Shown here: piece after piece, positions 24,625 through 39,568 of the stretch | Numbering within the stretch: position 1 is the stretch's first letter | Layout of the letters: every line of letters starts with the position of its first letter | Assembly (NCBI GenBank): GCA_010909165.1 | Contig: MU008150.1 | Span: 186,001-250,000, forward strand | DNA: 64,000 bases | Direction of reading: 5' to 3' | DNA from: Anthoceros angustus | Taxonomy: Eukaryota > Plantae > Anthocerotophyta | Made by a program: the position numbers and the translations under genes | Notes under the pieces: model-generated | Told to the model about the DNA's origin: nothing | Seen by the model: the letters and a program-made list of their open reading frames with translations, nothing else | Database searches by the model: none

Positions 24625-25485
24625 ATGGCAAGCTGTTTCATGTCCTCGGCGTCGGTGCTCCGGTGAGTGAGCTGCCTCGTTGCAAACCCTGATTTGTTGC
24701 GATTCTCCGTATGATCATCTTGGGTCTGCCGGCGCAGCGGTTGCATACAAGCTCCCGCTGTCACAGTGAGGAGGGCCGGGGTTGGCTGCCGCTGCTTAGG
24801 CAGCCAGGTGGAGCCTCCCAACGTGGCGCAGCTCTGCCAGAAGGCGCGGCTGACGCTCACGCCCAAGGAGGTATGTGATGGTTATACCCTCTGGTTCAGG
24901 ATGTTGGTGCAATGCTTTTGCTGATTGGATGTTGAGTGGACCGGGTTGGTTTGCAGATCGAAGACTTTGGTCCCAAGATCGGGCGCATTGTTGAATGGTG
25001 CCGTCTTTCGTTCAGCGTTGCGGGTTTTCCCGGTTTTGTGATGCCGTGAACAGGTTGAGATGCGTCGGATCCTGATTGGAACGGAATGCAGGTTTGCTCA
25101 ACTACAGGATGTGAATCTGGAGAATGTTTCCCCTGCCATTCGTGTCGGTATGTCCGCAGCGATTGCCGTGGTGCTTTTAGAGTAGCTGGCTGCAGGATGG
25201 CAGTTTCGAGGTGCTGTAGCTTGGAACCACATATGCTGAGCATTTTCCTGTTCCGTCCTATAGGGGAGATTGAAGGGGCGGATACTTTGAGACCAGATAC
25301 ACCCAATGTTTTCGGCAACAGGTCAGTTGGTTCTTTGAGCTTCTTAGTTCTCCCCGAAATTTGGAAGGCCGCTTGAGACTTCCGGTTGTTGGACTGTGGG
25401 TAGGGAGGCCATGTTGTCTGGAGTCCCAGATATGGAGGGCCCATACTTGAAGGTGCCTAAGGTTCTCAAGGAAAATGTTGAGTAG
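24625..25485 (+). CDS. GATC: Glutamyl-tRNA(Gln) amidotransferase subunit C, organellar (about 6 short exons; mostly missed by the ORF track)
   Basis: Spliced peptides EPPNVAQLCQKARLTLTPKE, IEDFGPKIGRIVEW, FAQLQDVNLENVSPAIR, DTLRPDTPNVFGNR, EAMLSGVPDMEGPYLKVPKVLKENVE*. Confidence 0.85.
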
Positions 25486-25819
25486 ACTCCACTGGACATT
25501 GTTTCTGCCGAAGCAGGTGGACGTCTTCCATCAAATCCACCAATGAAAATCTATCATTCTAGTTAGGAGAACTGCCTCTGCTGTTGTGAGTTGTACGTGG
25601 CCGTGGGCTGGTCTCTCATCACTCCCAAGAACTGCGAGCCCCGCCCCTGCATAACATAGTAGGGGTGCTTAGCCTGCAAGGCTTTCACTTATAGCTAGTC
25701 CTTCAGTGTGCACGCTTTTACCAAATCCCTGGGACTTCAAAAGGATTCGTCTGCCTTATTCTGTGATGAAAATTTTGTGAGGCTGTGCATCCCGCACATC
25801 CAACCCGCTACAGCTGCTT

Positions 25820-26010
25820 CGCTAGGGCTGCACTGGCTGGCTAGGTTTAGAATGATACGGGGAGTGGCAGATGCTCTTGGGGTGTCTGCATGGAGGCTCC
25901 GAACGGTCAAGCCTAGTAACGTGATGCTGGATGCCAACTTTGCTCCTACTTTGGGCTGGCTGTGGCCGGCTTGCCTGCCTCCTCAAGACAAGCTCGAAGG
26001 AATGGTTGTG
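25820..26010 (+). pseudogene. Degenerate receptor-like kinase fragment (subdomains VIa-VII)
   Basis: LHWLARFRMIRGVADALG...VKPSNVMLDANFAPTLG resembles the RLK consensus L.W..R..II.GVA.AL.YLH..HRDVKPSNVMLD.NF.P.LGDFGLA. HRD and DFG are destroyed. Confidence 0.65.
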
Positions 26011-26060
26011 CTGTTTCAAGACGGGCACTGTTGGTCCCTCCCTCATCTGCAAGACCCGCC

Positions 26061-28670
26061 ATGATCGTGTCCTCAGCTGTCACAGGTGGCAGCGGCAAAC
26101 TGCAGGTGACTGGAGGAGATACTCCCACCAGCTTCTTAGAGCAGCAGGGCAGCGGGGCATCCCTTGACAGATACAGACACCTTCTGCAACTATGCACCAG
26201 AAGGAAGATCTTGGCGGAGGCTAAGGAGCTGTATGCTTCCATTGAAGCAGATGGGTTTGAGTCCAACAGCCTTCTTGGCAACGATGCAGTATGCATGTTT
26301 GCCAAGTGCGGGGGCCTCGCTGACGCTCTTCAAGTGTTCAACAATCTGCGTGAGCCCAATGTCTTCTCATGGATGGCGCTCATTTCGGCGTACACCAAGT
26401 CCGGGCAAGCCCGAGAGGCTGTGAGAATCTTCTGGCGAATGCTGGAGAATGGCGTGAAACCAGACAGATTCGTTCTTGCCGGCGTGATTAAAGCCTGCGC
26501 CAGTCTGTTGGACCTGGATGAAGGAAAGCGGATCCACGCAGAAGCGGTCAGATGGAGATGCGAGTACGATTTGTTTGTGGGCACCAGCTTAGTGGACATG
26601 TATGCCAAGTGCGGGAGCATGGCGGATGCCCAGCGGGTGTTCGACTCCTTGCCTCACCGCACCGTCGTGACGTGGAACGCGATAATAGCAGGATACGCTC
26701 AGTGGAACCAGGGTGAGAAGGCTTGGGAGCTTGCTGCGCAAATGGAACAGGAAGGCGGTGTGAGACCCGACAATTGGACTTTTGTCAGTCTGCTCAAGGC
26801 ATGTTGCAGCCTAGCAGAGAAAGAGGTGGAGGTGATTGTTGGTGGGCAGGCACTCAAAGTGGAAGCCCTCCGAAGAGGCAGGCTGATTCATGCCCAAGTC
26901 ATCAGCAGAGGATATGAGTCGGATGTGTTTGTCTGTAACACGCTCCTACACATGTATGCCAAATGTGGGGACATGGCGCGTGGTAGACATGTTTTCGACA
27001 GCTTGATCCAGCGGGATGTGGTGACATGGAACGCAATGCTGGCGGGATATGTGCAACAGGAGCAGGGTGGTGAAGCCTTCCAGCTCTACTCCCAAATGCA
27101 GTCGGAGGGCACACGACCTGACAGTTGGACGTTCGTCTGCCTACTCAAGGCATGTGCTATGCTGGCAGATGTGGAACCAGATACTCTTGCCGACGGACAG
27201 GCAATCAAATTGGAGTCTCTGAGAAGGGGTAGGGCTATCCATGCCGAAATTGTCAAAAGGGGCTGTGATTCTAATGTGTTCGTTGGCAACACATTAGTGC
27301 ACATGTATGCAAAGTGTGGCAGCATCTTGGATGCCAGGAATGTGTTTGATAGCCTGGCCCAGCGCGATGTGGTGTCGTGGACTGCGGTGATAGCAGGCTA
27401 CGCACAGCAAGGACATGGGGCAATAGCTCTGGAGGTTTATGCTAAGATGCAGCAGGAAAGCGTGAGGCCCAACAGTCGCACCTTTGTCAGCGTTCTTAAA
27501 GCTTGTGGGAACTTAGCCGAATCGGAGGAAGAGACGCAGATCGATGGACTGCGATTGAAACTCGTGTCTCTCCAGAGACTGAGGATGATTCATGCTGAAG
27601 CCGTCAGACGAAGCTGCGATTCGGACGTTTTTGTTCGATCTGCTTTGATTGACTCATATGCCAAATGTGGGAGCATGGTGGATGCTCAGAGCGTTTTCCA
27701 GGCTCTCCCTCAGCGGGACATGGTTTCGTGGACTGCACTGATTTTAGGTTATGCTGAACAAGAACAAGGTGATAGGGCTTTGCAACTCTACGCTGAGATG
27801 CACAGGGCAGGAGTGACGATGGATGCTACCACGTTTCTCTGCGTCCTAAAGGCTTGCAGTGGTGTTGGAGCTCTAGACATGTGCATCCAGATCCATCGTG
27901 ACATTTCCAGGAAGGGACTGTTGCGCAGCCTCATGTTGGGAAACGCGCTTCTTGATGCTTACGCAAAGTGTGGAAGCATGACGGAAGCTCAGCGTCTCTT
28001 CGACAAGTTACCAGTGCAAGATCTCGTGTCTTGGAATGCGTTAATTGCAGGATATGCCCGACAGGGGGACTGCTGCGCAAGCTTAACGCGTTTCCACATG
28101 ATGAGAACGGAAAGGGTAGAGCCCGACGGAGTGACTTTCGTAGCACTTCTCACGGCCTGCAGCAACTCGGGCATGGTGGATGAAGGTCTGCACTACTTCC
28201 AGTCCATGAGCAGGGACCACGGCATCTTACCAACCATTCAGCACTACTCCCTCGTACTCGACCTCCTCGGCCGTGCAGGCCTCTTCAACGAGGTTAAGAA
28301 ACTCCTCAGAACCTTCCCAGTGGAGCCTGATCTGCCGCTGTGGTTATCCCTCCTTGCATCCTGCCGCAATCACGACAACGTGGAGCTCGGAAGATACGCG
28401 TTCGAACACGCTGTCCAAATGGACCGGAAACACCAGGCTGCTTATCTCCTTATGTCAAACATATATGCCTCCGCTCAACTACCCGAGGACGCCGCTGAGA
28501 TATCCGCGAGGCAGCGAAGAGCAGGTGCATACAAGCAGCAGCCCGGACACAGCTGGATAGAGCACGACACAAACGTCCATGTCTTCACAGCAACAGACGC
28601 AGATCATGAACAGTGTGCTGCCGTATTCGCCACCGTCCAACGATTAGGGCACGCAATGAAGCAAACCTGA
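26061..28670 (+). CDS. PLS-class pentatricopeptide repeat protein with E/E+ domain and no DYW (organellar RNA-editing specificity factor), single exon
   Basis: Repeated MYAKCGS / DVVSWNAMIAGY / PD..TFV.LLKAC triplets; C-terminal HYSLVLDLLGRAG, AAYLLMSNIYA, PGHSWIE; stop before any DYW. First ATG at 26061 (frame open from 25962). Confidence 0.93.
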   Translation: MIVSSAVTGGSGKLQVTGGDTPTSFLEQQGSGASLDRYRHLLQLCTRRKILAEAKELYASIEADGFESNSLLGNDAVCMFAKCGGLADALQVFNNLREPNVFSWMALISAYTKSGQAREAVRIFWRMLENGVKPDRFVLAGVIKACASLLDLDEGKRIHAEAVRWRCEYDLFVGTSLVDMYAKCGSMADAQRVFDSLPHRTVVTWNAIIAGYAQWNQGEKAWELAAQMEQEGGVRPDNWTFVSLLKACCSLAEKEVEVIVGGQALKVEALRRGRLIHAQVISRGYESDVFVCNTLLHMYAKCGDMARGRHVFDSLIQRDVVTWNAMLAGYVQQEQGGEAFQLYSQMQSEGTRPDSWTFVCLLKACAMLADVEPDTLADGQAIKLESLRRGRAIHAEIVKRGCDSNVFVGNTLVHMYAKCGSILDARNVFDSLAQRDVVSWTAVIAGYAQQGHGAIALEVYAKMQQESVRPNSRTFVSVLKACGNLAESEEETQIDGLRLKLVSLQRLRMIHAEAVRRSCDSDVFVRSALIDSYAKCGSMVDAQSVFQALPQRDMVSWTALILGYAEQEQGDRALQLYAEMHRAGVTMDATTFLCVLKACSGVGALDMCIQIHRDISRKGLLRSLMLGNALLDAYAKCGSMTEAQRLFDKLPVQDLVSWNALIAGYARQGDCCASLTRFHMMRTERVEPDGVTFVALLTACSNSGMVDEGLHYFQSMSRDHGILPTIQHYSLVLDLLGRAGLFNEVKKLLRTFPVEPDLPLWLSLLASCRNHDNVELGRYAFEHAVQMDRKHQAAYLLMSNIYASAQLPEDAAEISARQRRAGAYKQQPGHSWIEHDTNVHVFTATDADHEQCAAVFATVQRLGHAMKQT

Positions 28671-29263
28671 AAGACAAGTGTTCTTCTCGCACTGCCAAGG
28701 TACAGCAGCTCCTTCAGCTGCCATTAGATCTACAACCTGCTAGTGACAACAGCATGTATGTATGCTCAAACTGCCCTTTCCACCTGGTTTCGGTCTTCTT
28801 CCTGGACCTTTCCAATTGATGCAGCTCTCTCTCACAGTGTTAACGGAGCGAGACAAACAAAGGCCTGCTGTGGGACACGCACAGAGCATCGTGCTGATGG
28901 GAGGGGGACGGGACCCCGGAGCACCTTGGTGCAATATGTGTGCAACGCACAACTCCTTCACGACTTGCCGTGTAGAATCGACTCCCCCAGCAGCCTTGTA
29001 AAAGAATTGTGGATTCGTCAGTGGTTGCTGTACAAGAGCATCTGCGGATTAAACAAGGCGTTTATGTATGGAATCGTGACATAATTATCGCCAACTCCGT
29101 GAACGTGGTCTCCTGCCCCCGCTAGGCCTAAATATCGGTTCGCCAGGGTACGGCCTGGCGAACCGACATGCCGTGCCATGAGCATGGCCTTCCTCTCCCC
29201 TGCCCCCTCTCTCTCGTATCCGTGCCAATCCGCGACCGGGCCACCGGGAGCGACGGGCAACTA

Positions 29264-31232
29264 ATTCAAGTTCTCAATTGTATGTGTCACATGGGCATAT
29301 GTTGAACTCTTGCATAAAGCTGTGGTACAAGGTGGGGAAGGCAAAGTAACATTATCATCCTCAATCAGAGTTGCCCCATCTATTGTAGTGTGCACCAATT
29401 TCTCCTGGGCTGTGTTAACCACATACCCTCCTTCTTTGCAATGGTTCACATACAAATAATGGGACGCAATTACGAAACTCAATTGATGTTGTTAACAAGC
29501 AGTCTACTTGTCTGCCCACAAGAGATGCCCTCGTAAGACTAAGTTTCTGCTTAAAAAACCGATGCCATGCCTCTGTAGCAAAGGCACAATCTTGCCCTGC
29601 ATGTGGGCATTTTTTATGAACGTGGTTGCAATCAAAACAGGCCTTGTGAAGATGTGTATGTGCACAAGCTTGAAAAGGGAGAATACGAGGCTGGAGATAT
29701 GGACTAACCTAGTTGTGCACCCCAGGTTGTTCCGAAATAGCCCACGAACGCAGGTTGCCGTTTCTCCCACTTGGCATAGAAGGAAAATAGCAACTACCCA
29801 CCCTCCCGAATTGTATCTCGACTTGATGTGCTGGAGCCCTTCACGTACATCAGTTCACCTAATTCCTGCCATATGGCTTCCTTGTCTACCCTGTTTTGGA
29901 CTTTCTTAATAAAATTGCGGAGCCAAGCACGACGCACATGCCAGAGGCAAAGTAGAATAGGAACACTGTAATTGTAAACCTTGCGAATTGCAGCAATCTC
30001 AGCTGCACAATCACCAACCAATATTGTGGAGGGCAACCAAGTTGCATCCTTACTTAACAGAACCTCATGAAAAGATGTCAGCCACCTGGCTATGGTGTCA
30101 CTTGTACCGTTCTTTGCCAAAACTCACGCCACCGGAATACCATTCATGTGAAGATCGAAAGCCATAATTGTGAAGACCTAGTACTTGTACTAATTTATAC
30201 CAAACGTGGAATAAATCCCGAGCACATTATTCTTACCATGTGTCAAACAGGTCTGAAGCATGAACGGGTCTGAATCCCCAAACAAAACGACTAATCATCA
30301 GTGAACTTGTGAAACACAAATGCAGCATTGAGCCGCATCCATATACCCACACTAATATTGTCATCCGGATGAGGTTTCCACATTGTACCTTGCAAGTCGA
30401 GGGCAAGATTGTCAATGTCTGCACATGTCAAGAAATCATCTCTAACCTAGACATACAGTGACTCATGCTCCAAGCTTGTTGAAAGCCCACAACATTTCGC
30501 ACCTCGTGTCATAAGAATCTCGAACATTACAGAAACCATGTTTCACCCATGCCTTCTTGTCAGCACTCAAGTGAGGAGCCCTGACATCTCTTGGCATGCC
30601 TACGTACTCTGGGCTATGACACACTCTTCCAGAAACATCCACGTGCATAGTTTCGTATAAAGTTACTTCAGCAATTACTGGCCATCTTGGTAACTGTGCA
30701 ATGGCAAACGAAGCTTGATAGCCGTGTTTGATGCTCTCACCGTTAGCAATCCGAGACCGTCTACGCTTCTTCTCACCCTCCACAGCAATAGGTACAGGTG
30801 GTGAAGGCATGGGAACATTCCGCAAGTCCTGTGGCCCATATCCACACCAATAACTGCAAAGAAAACATTGAAGATGAAATCTTTCAATATACCAACAAGC
30901 AGAAAGTAAACGGATTGAATCCTTAGGGTCCATACATACCGTGTTGTGACAATGGCTGCATCTAGCTTCAGACAACTTATTGCTGAAGTATTGCTGGCCG
31001 GCCCTCTACGAGATGCCTTGTAATAATTTGTAGGAGCTTGTAGCAATGCGTTCATGCCCTCTATGAAATCCTGCACTCTGGTCCAAGGGATGTAAGCTAG
31101 CTGTCGTTGTTTGTCTTGGCCAGGACAAAGATGGATGCTTGTATGAAGATTGCTGCCACTCCAAGTCATTGAAAGAAAATTACCCTCCACCAAGCCTCTG
31201 AACTGCAAAAAGACAATGCATTGCAACCTCAT
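29264..31232 (-). pseudogene. MULE transposase N-terminal and DDE core, broken by stops and frameshifts (inverted segment)
   Basis: Minus-strand fragments YIPWTRVQDFIEG, CGYGPQDLR, HVDVSGRVCH, WLPSTILVGDCAAEIAAI..LCLWHVRRAW. Confidence 0.85.
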
Positions 31233-31368
31233 CCATCACTAGAGCACGATTAGTGTACGTGCATCCTCCCAGTCCCCAGTCTTCGGTCTTTTAACTCTTA
31301 CTGCGTGCCCTGCTTTGAGCATAGCGCTCTCTCCGCTCTCGTCTCAACTGAAACGAACGTAGGGCGAT

Positions 31369-31914
31369 TCCATGTGGGCTACATGTGAGTGTGCTCAAGG
31401 GAGGAAAGGCTTCATTTGTAAACACATGGTGAAAGTGCAGGATATGCTTGGAGTGCTCTCATACACACTCCGGATGAAATGTCAGTATAAAGCAATGAAT
31501 GGTCTGGTAATTTAGGAGTCTATAACGACTCTTGCTTTATGTGATAATAGAGAACATGTGATGGAAAGCGTTTCGTGCAACTTGCAACCCACTGTGGAGG
31601 GTGTTTTATGTAACGAAGGTGGAACAGAAGATCAAATTCGCTTCCTGGAACAAGATAGCAATGCTATTGTGAATTTGATGCACAAGAATAAGGAAGTCGT
31701 GGGGGATGCAACACTTTTAGTGAAACGTACACTCATGGATGTCCAGCGTTTGATTGCATACGAGCAGGAAATGCTTGCAGCACGGCAGCCTCTTCAAGCA
31801 TTCACCACCAACGAGGGAGATAACAACATCGTCAGGACTAAGCCATTCTTCTCACCACCGAAGAAAAAGAAGAAGAGAGTGACTTGGAAGTTATCAGCAA
31901 ACAAAGAAAACTAG
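31369..31914 (+). pseudogene. MULE transposase C-terminal part with SWIM zinc finger
   Basis: SMWATCECAQGRKGFICKHMVKV (CxC..CxH), followed by ORF 31558-31914 with basic tail PPKKKKKR. Confidence 0.75.
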
Positions 31915-32388
31915 CGTAGGTATAGGTGCGATGTAGGTGCCAATAATGTCTCCCTTCAATGTTTTGACCAATGCTGCAATTAATCAAAAACTCAAGTCTT
32001 GCTGATCGTCCTCTCCGCTCGTCTTGGTGATCCTCCTCCACCCTTACCTCAGTGCACCCCAGCCGCACATGCCTGAACGCTTTGCGTGTCGATGAGTTAG
32101 ACTTTGTATCGTGCTAGAGTATCGCCACGATATTCAGGACGACGGGAACTTAAATTAGTTCCCTCGCACGGATACGAGAGAGAGAGGGGCAGGGGAGAGG
32201 AAGGCCATGCTCATGGCATGGCATGTCGGTCCGCCAGGCCGTACCCTGGCGAACCGATATTTAGGCCTAGCCTCCTGCCCCACCCCCTGCTCGTATGCGC
32301 ATTCCTTGCCGGACGCAATTCACTTGGACTCCTTTCTTCCTTCCGCTCCGCCCCTCGGGCAACGGTGGATCCGCCTTCTGGTTCAGAC

Positions 32389-32803
32389 CAGGGTTTCAGA
32401 TTGACCGCGTCCCGGTCCCGGTCTCGGTCCCGGTCCCCGACTTTGTAAAAAAATTGGGGACCTGCGGTCAGTGAAGTTGACGGTCCCGATCCCGGTCCCC
32501 CATTTTCCCGGGGACCGACGGTCCCCTAAAGTGCCGGTCCAAAAGTGGGGCATGGGCTCATGTCATGTGTATCTACACTGGCTATGGTTATGGCTCATTA
32601 ATGGAACACGACATTCTATGTAATCTCATTGGCTTAAAATTTTATTTAAATATTTACTTAATAATGTAGAAAGGGTTCTAATACGGCTGAGACCGAGCGT
32701 CCCGAAAAGTACCGGTTCCTGTCCGATGAGAAACCGGGAGTAGTTGGAAAGTGCCGGTACCCGGGACCGATTGAGTAGCCTAGCCAGTCAATCTGAAACC
32801 CTG
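32389..32803. mobile_element. Non-autonomous hAT-type element / MITE (415 bp)
   Basis: 17-bp TIR CAGGGTTTCAGATTGAC...GTCAATCTGAAACCCTG; 8-bp flanks GTTCAGAC / GTTCGGAC (7/8 match); subterminal CGGTCCC repeats; AT-rich core. Confidence 0.85.
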
Positions 32804-33289
32804 GTTCGGACCTGAGGAGCCTGATTTAGGCGCCATTTTGCACATACTTGGCGGCTGCTTCCGCGTTGGCGTTGGCTCCGGTGGGTGGTGGATGTTGGGT
32901 TGTGGAACGGAATTCAGCGTCTCCAGCCGTGGCGGATTGAATTTGGGACGGATCCAGCAGGGGCGCGGAATTCGCAGTCTGGCAGCTTGTGCCGAGTCCT
33001 GAGACCTGGTGCTGTTGCAGGGTCGGCCGTGGGGGTTTGATTGTGAATTCGGTGAAGCTGGGAGGGGAGAGGGGAATGGCAATGGCTGGGCGCGGTTTGG
33101 ATTGGATGCTGTTCCGGTACCGGTGTGCGATGTGGCTTGAGAGGGCTCTGTGGAAGTAACACCATGCGTCTGTGTACTGGTAGCAGTACAGAGCACCAGG
33201 GCGTCAGATTTGTGCCATGCGTGTCGGTGAGAAAGCGATCTTAGTTCTCGTCCCCGCACCTGATCGGCTGCCCCGGACTGCTGCGGCAT

Positions 33290-35628
<2,339 letters not shown>

Positions 35629-36460
35629 ATGAGAAACAGGCGTTTGAGAATTCTGGCTGAAAACTCTGGAGCAGGTGCCTCCTCGGTTAACGGTTAACTG
35701 AAGTACCATCGGAAACCAACAATGACTTATGTGGTGTTGAAGATAATGTTATGTGAGTACAGTCAGCTTTGATTTTCTCCTACCATTCAACTTTTTTTTT
35801 GCCATCGTCTTCGATGTCAGACACCACTAGCGTGGTCTTCTGTTTACCGGTGCTTGTGCCAGATGCAGATAGACCCAGTTTGCAGTACAGAAGAGGTGTC
35901 ACTGTACAGATGCCGGAGAGGTTGTTTGTTTTCAATATCCACAGATTGAGTGATTGATTTTATGTAGCAGATCGTTAAAGCATAAGAAACCCTCCACTAG
36001 ACTGTATCCTCGAAATCCTCTAGCATCTGGAGGATAAAATAATTGTGACGTTGTCTTTAACAGCTGGGGAAAAGGGACCAGACGGGCGTCAGAGACGGTG
36101 GACGACTGCGGACTACAAAAGCCCGTCGGTCCAACTGACCGACTTTATCCCCTGGAATTCACCTTGATGTACTTGCTGCATGCATTATGCATCGACGCAA
36201 TAATATGTCTGTGATTTTTAACTGCCTACACAAAAAAAGTGGTAAAAGTCCCGAGGTGGCCCTACCGCCTATTACCTATGTGAGCCCCCTCGGTTGAATT
36301 TTATTCTTTAGTCAACGGAGTTTTCATGGGAGTTTATCAACAGGCTCTAGTTCACTTGTATTTCAGAACGTTGGTCTTAAGCCTACTTGGCCCAAAGTTG
36401 TATGGGTGTGGATAAGAAGCTATGGGCTAATCACATCAAGCAGCACATCAGGGAGCAAGT

Positions 36461-36960
36461 AAACTTGGATAGGAACAAACTTGGATAGGAACAAACTTGG
36501 ATAGGAAGGAATGATTAACCCTATCCAGCAACGTAGCAAGGAAGCAAAAAAAATATGGAGAAGAAGAGATGGACACCCCATCAAGTAGCAAAACATGTGA
36601 ACAAACAAAAGTGGATCCAGCAACATAGCAAGGAAGCAAACAAATGTGGAGAAGAAGAGATGGACAGCCCATCAAGTAGTATAACATGTGAACCAATAAA
36701 AGTGGATAAGAAGAGAATCGTTAACCCGATCAAGTACCAGATCATGGAAACAATCAAAAGTGGATTAGAAGAGAAGGGCTAACTAACCCCATCAAGTACC
36801 ACAGCATATAAATAAAATAAACATGGGTAAGAAGAGATGGGTTAACCCAAATGAGCAAGGCTAACCGAATCAAGTAGTACATCATGGAAACAAACAAATG
36901 TGGATAAGAAGAGTTGCACTAACCCCATAAAGTAATACAACATGGAAACAAACAAATGGC
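36461..36960. repeat. Minisatellite block: 3x16-bp AAACTTGGATAGGAAC followed by a degenerate ~60-bp array
   Basis: Recurrent aaagtggataagaagaga...aaccccatcaagtag...catggaaacaaaca units. Confidence 0.75.
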
Positions 36961-39568
36961 CATTAGAGAGAGGCATTGGACCAAACACTTGCATAACATC
37001 GAATAGATTCTTTCTACTCGGTTTGCTCTAGCACTTGAGCCTTGTGTTGGGCTTTGTACTCTCAGGTTTCATTTTTCGGTAAAACTTCGAAAATTCAGGC
37101 TAAAAAAACCCACTTCCATAACTCTTCTTTTTTTTCCTTTTTTTTTTTTGTCTAAGAGCCCATTAGATAATACTAGAATTGGTAAGAAATCTATCTTATA
37201 TTATGTGACTTATTAAGATATAATTCTTTAAAAAATTGCATACTCTTATAAATCAATATCAATAATAGAAATATAAATTAAAAACTCTTTATTATATTTA
37301 AATCTGAATTCAATGTTTAAAGATACACATCTCTTGTTTCATACATTAGTCTGTACATAGGCTTTACCAAGTCTTGGCACTCGCCACAAAATAATGTCAC
37401 ACTTAGAATTCTTCCTTTGATAAATTTGTTGCTAGCATTACCACTAATTAACGTCTAAACAATAGAGTCCCTTCATACAATCCAAATAGAAAATAGCCCA
37501 AAAGCTTCCATTCTTAACTAGACTATAGCTACTAAAGACAAACAAAAACTCACCTACAAGAAAGATCTTATGTTAGTAAGGTCTTACACAAAAGAAACCT
37601 CATACAATGGGGGAGCAATATAGTGTGATAGGAGATGCCGATGGAACTTTGGAAAGGATTACAAAAATTGAACAATGTGGTAAGATGCCCATTCGAGGAC
37701 CATCTAGTCTATGTTGTGCGTTAGCAAGTACACTCTAAACTTGCAGTTATAATGGTGCATAGGCAAGTATGCCCTAAACCAGCAATCCTAATGGTGCGGT
37801 GGCAAGTATACCCTAAACCACCAATCCCAATGGTGCTAGCCAACGGTGAAGCGGAACACACAAACTCAATACCTCAACATCATTGTCATGGAAGAGTAGG
37901 ATATATGTATGGTAGAGAGCTTAGTTGCTCTTTTTTGACATGACCCTCAGAGTCTCCCTTTGTTGTCCTCTACTAGATGGGCTCTCATTTTTTCCCTCAA
38001 CAAAGTTTAGGAGTTTAGGATGCAAAGATGGTGGTACCCACGTACACTTGGAAAGTATACACTAACTTGGGAAGTATGCACTATTATTTCTACCGTGTCA
38101 TTAGCTCAGAGTATCGGATACTCTAATTAAAGTTTTATATAATTTGGACATTCCTTTGATGGTGACACTCTTTCTCATCTTATAACTTACACCTCACCTT
38201 AAAATCCAGCACGCAATAATATGCCCGCGTTGTAAAATAATCCGCCTTACCTGTGCATAGAAACAAAATATTCCACTGCCTATGTAGGCAGAAGCGATTT
38301 TTGTGCAAGAGAGTGGCTCTATGGGGCTCGTTCATATCACTAGATTCAAAACTCTTTTGGTGGAGCACTTGCCTCCTACAAACGCAACCTCAACAATTGG
38401 ACGAACTAATTCTGAACTTATATTATATTATATTTTTATACTTTATTTTTATTTTTCATTTGATCTTCCGTTTTAAGATAATCAACATCTAGTTTTAAAT
38501 TATCAATAAATATTTATTAATTTAATAATATTGATTAGTTTAGGATATGAATCTGTACCACAACACAACAAGTTTGTGAACTCACAACACTTAGAGAATG
38601 TTAGTGTAATGCCTTGTTCACAAACTTCATGAATTAGACACCAACCATTAGACACCAACCACGAGTCCGTTGACATCCTTAATAAGACTATTATTACTTG
38701 TAGCTTTTTCTTTTTTTCTTTTTCACTTTCTAATTTTTCATTAGAAACAATGTTTGCAAGGAAACGAGTCACGCCTGATTAAAAACGGTTGCTTTACATC
38801 TCTATCTAAAAGCCAAAAAGAAAAAGGAACCCCCAAATTTTGGCCTTTTTCTTCATGGCGAATCGCGTCTTTGTAAAGATTAGAAAAGAGAAATATCAAA
38901 GCTCCGCGCAGGGACGATTATAGAAAAGGTTGACAAAGCTGAGAGAGGTAATTAGTAGACAAGCAAACAAGCAGAGAGGGGCTGGCTTGGGCAGGTGCGA
39001 AAAAAGAGAAACAACGGTGCTCAGGCACCAGCCGACCCACCCACCTAAGCGGCATAGTCGAGCCAGGCCTTACAATTCGATGACAAATTGTGGTTAGTGC
39101 ATAATGCATAGATTTCGTGAAGAACATTCACTAGAATGCTTCTCTTATGTATAACATATAGATTACGTTAAGAGCTTTCAATGATGAAGAGCCCAAAGGC
39201 TATCAAAATCATTTTAAAAAGAAATAATAGTTTAAATACTGAAAAGAAAGTTTTGCTCAAGGGGTTTAAACCAGCGCAATTATGTGTATATCAGATGGAC
39301 CGCATTCTTGGCGCTATGATCGACATTGGGAGAAATGGAAACGTTTAACTATGCTGAAACTTCTGCCAAACCACAAAACGTTGAAGACTCTGGTTAAGTT
39401 AGCATCAAAGTATGCTTATCAAGAGGTGCAATTGGGAGCATCAATTAAGAAACTTTCAAAGCGATTGGAGCGCAAGGTGGACGCCGTATGGTTTACCTCG
39501 GAGATCGATGCATATATTCGGATGGATTATTTTGTTCTAACTTTCATAGAACAAAGTCTTCGTCAGAA

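Larger units (their letters stand above)
29121..32271. mobile_element. Mutator-like element (MULE) with ~105-bp TIRs, 10-bp TSD and defective transposase
   Basis: TIRs at 29121-29225 and 32166-32271 (gctaggcctaaatatcggttcgccagggtacggcctggcg...). TSD CTCCTGCCCC at 29110-29119 and 32272-32281. MULE motifs GDCAAEIAAIRKV..LCLWHVRRAW and SWIM finger CECAQGRKGFICKH. Confidence 0.92.
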
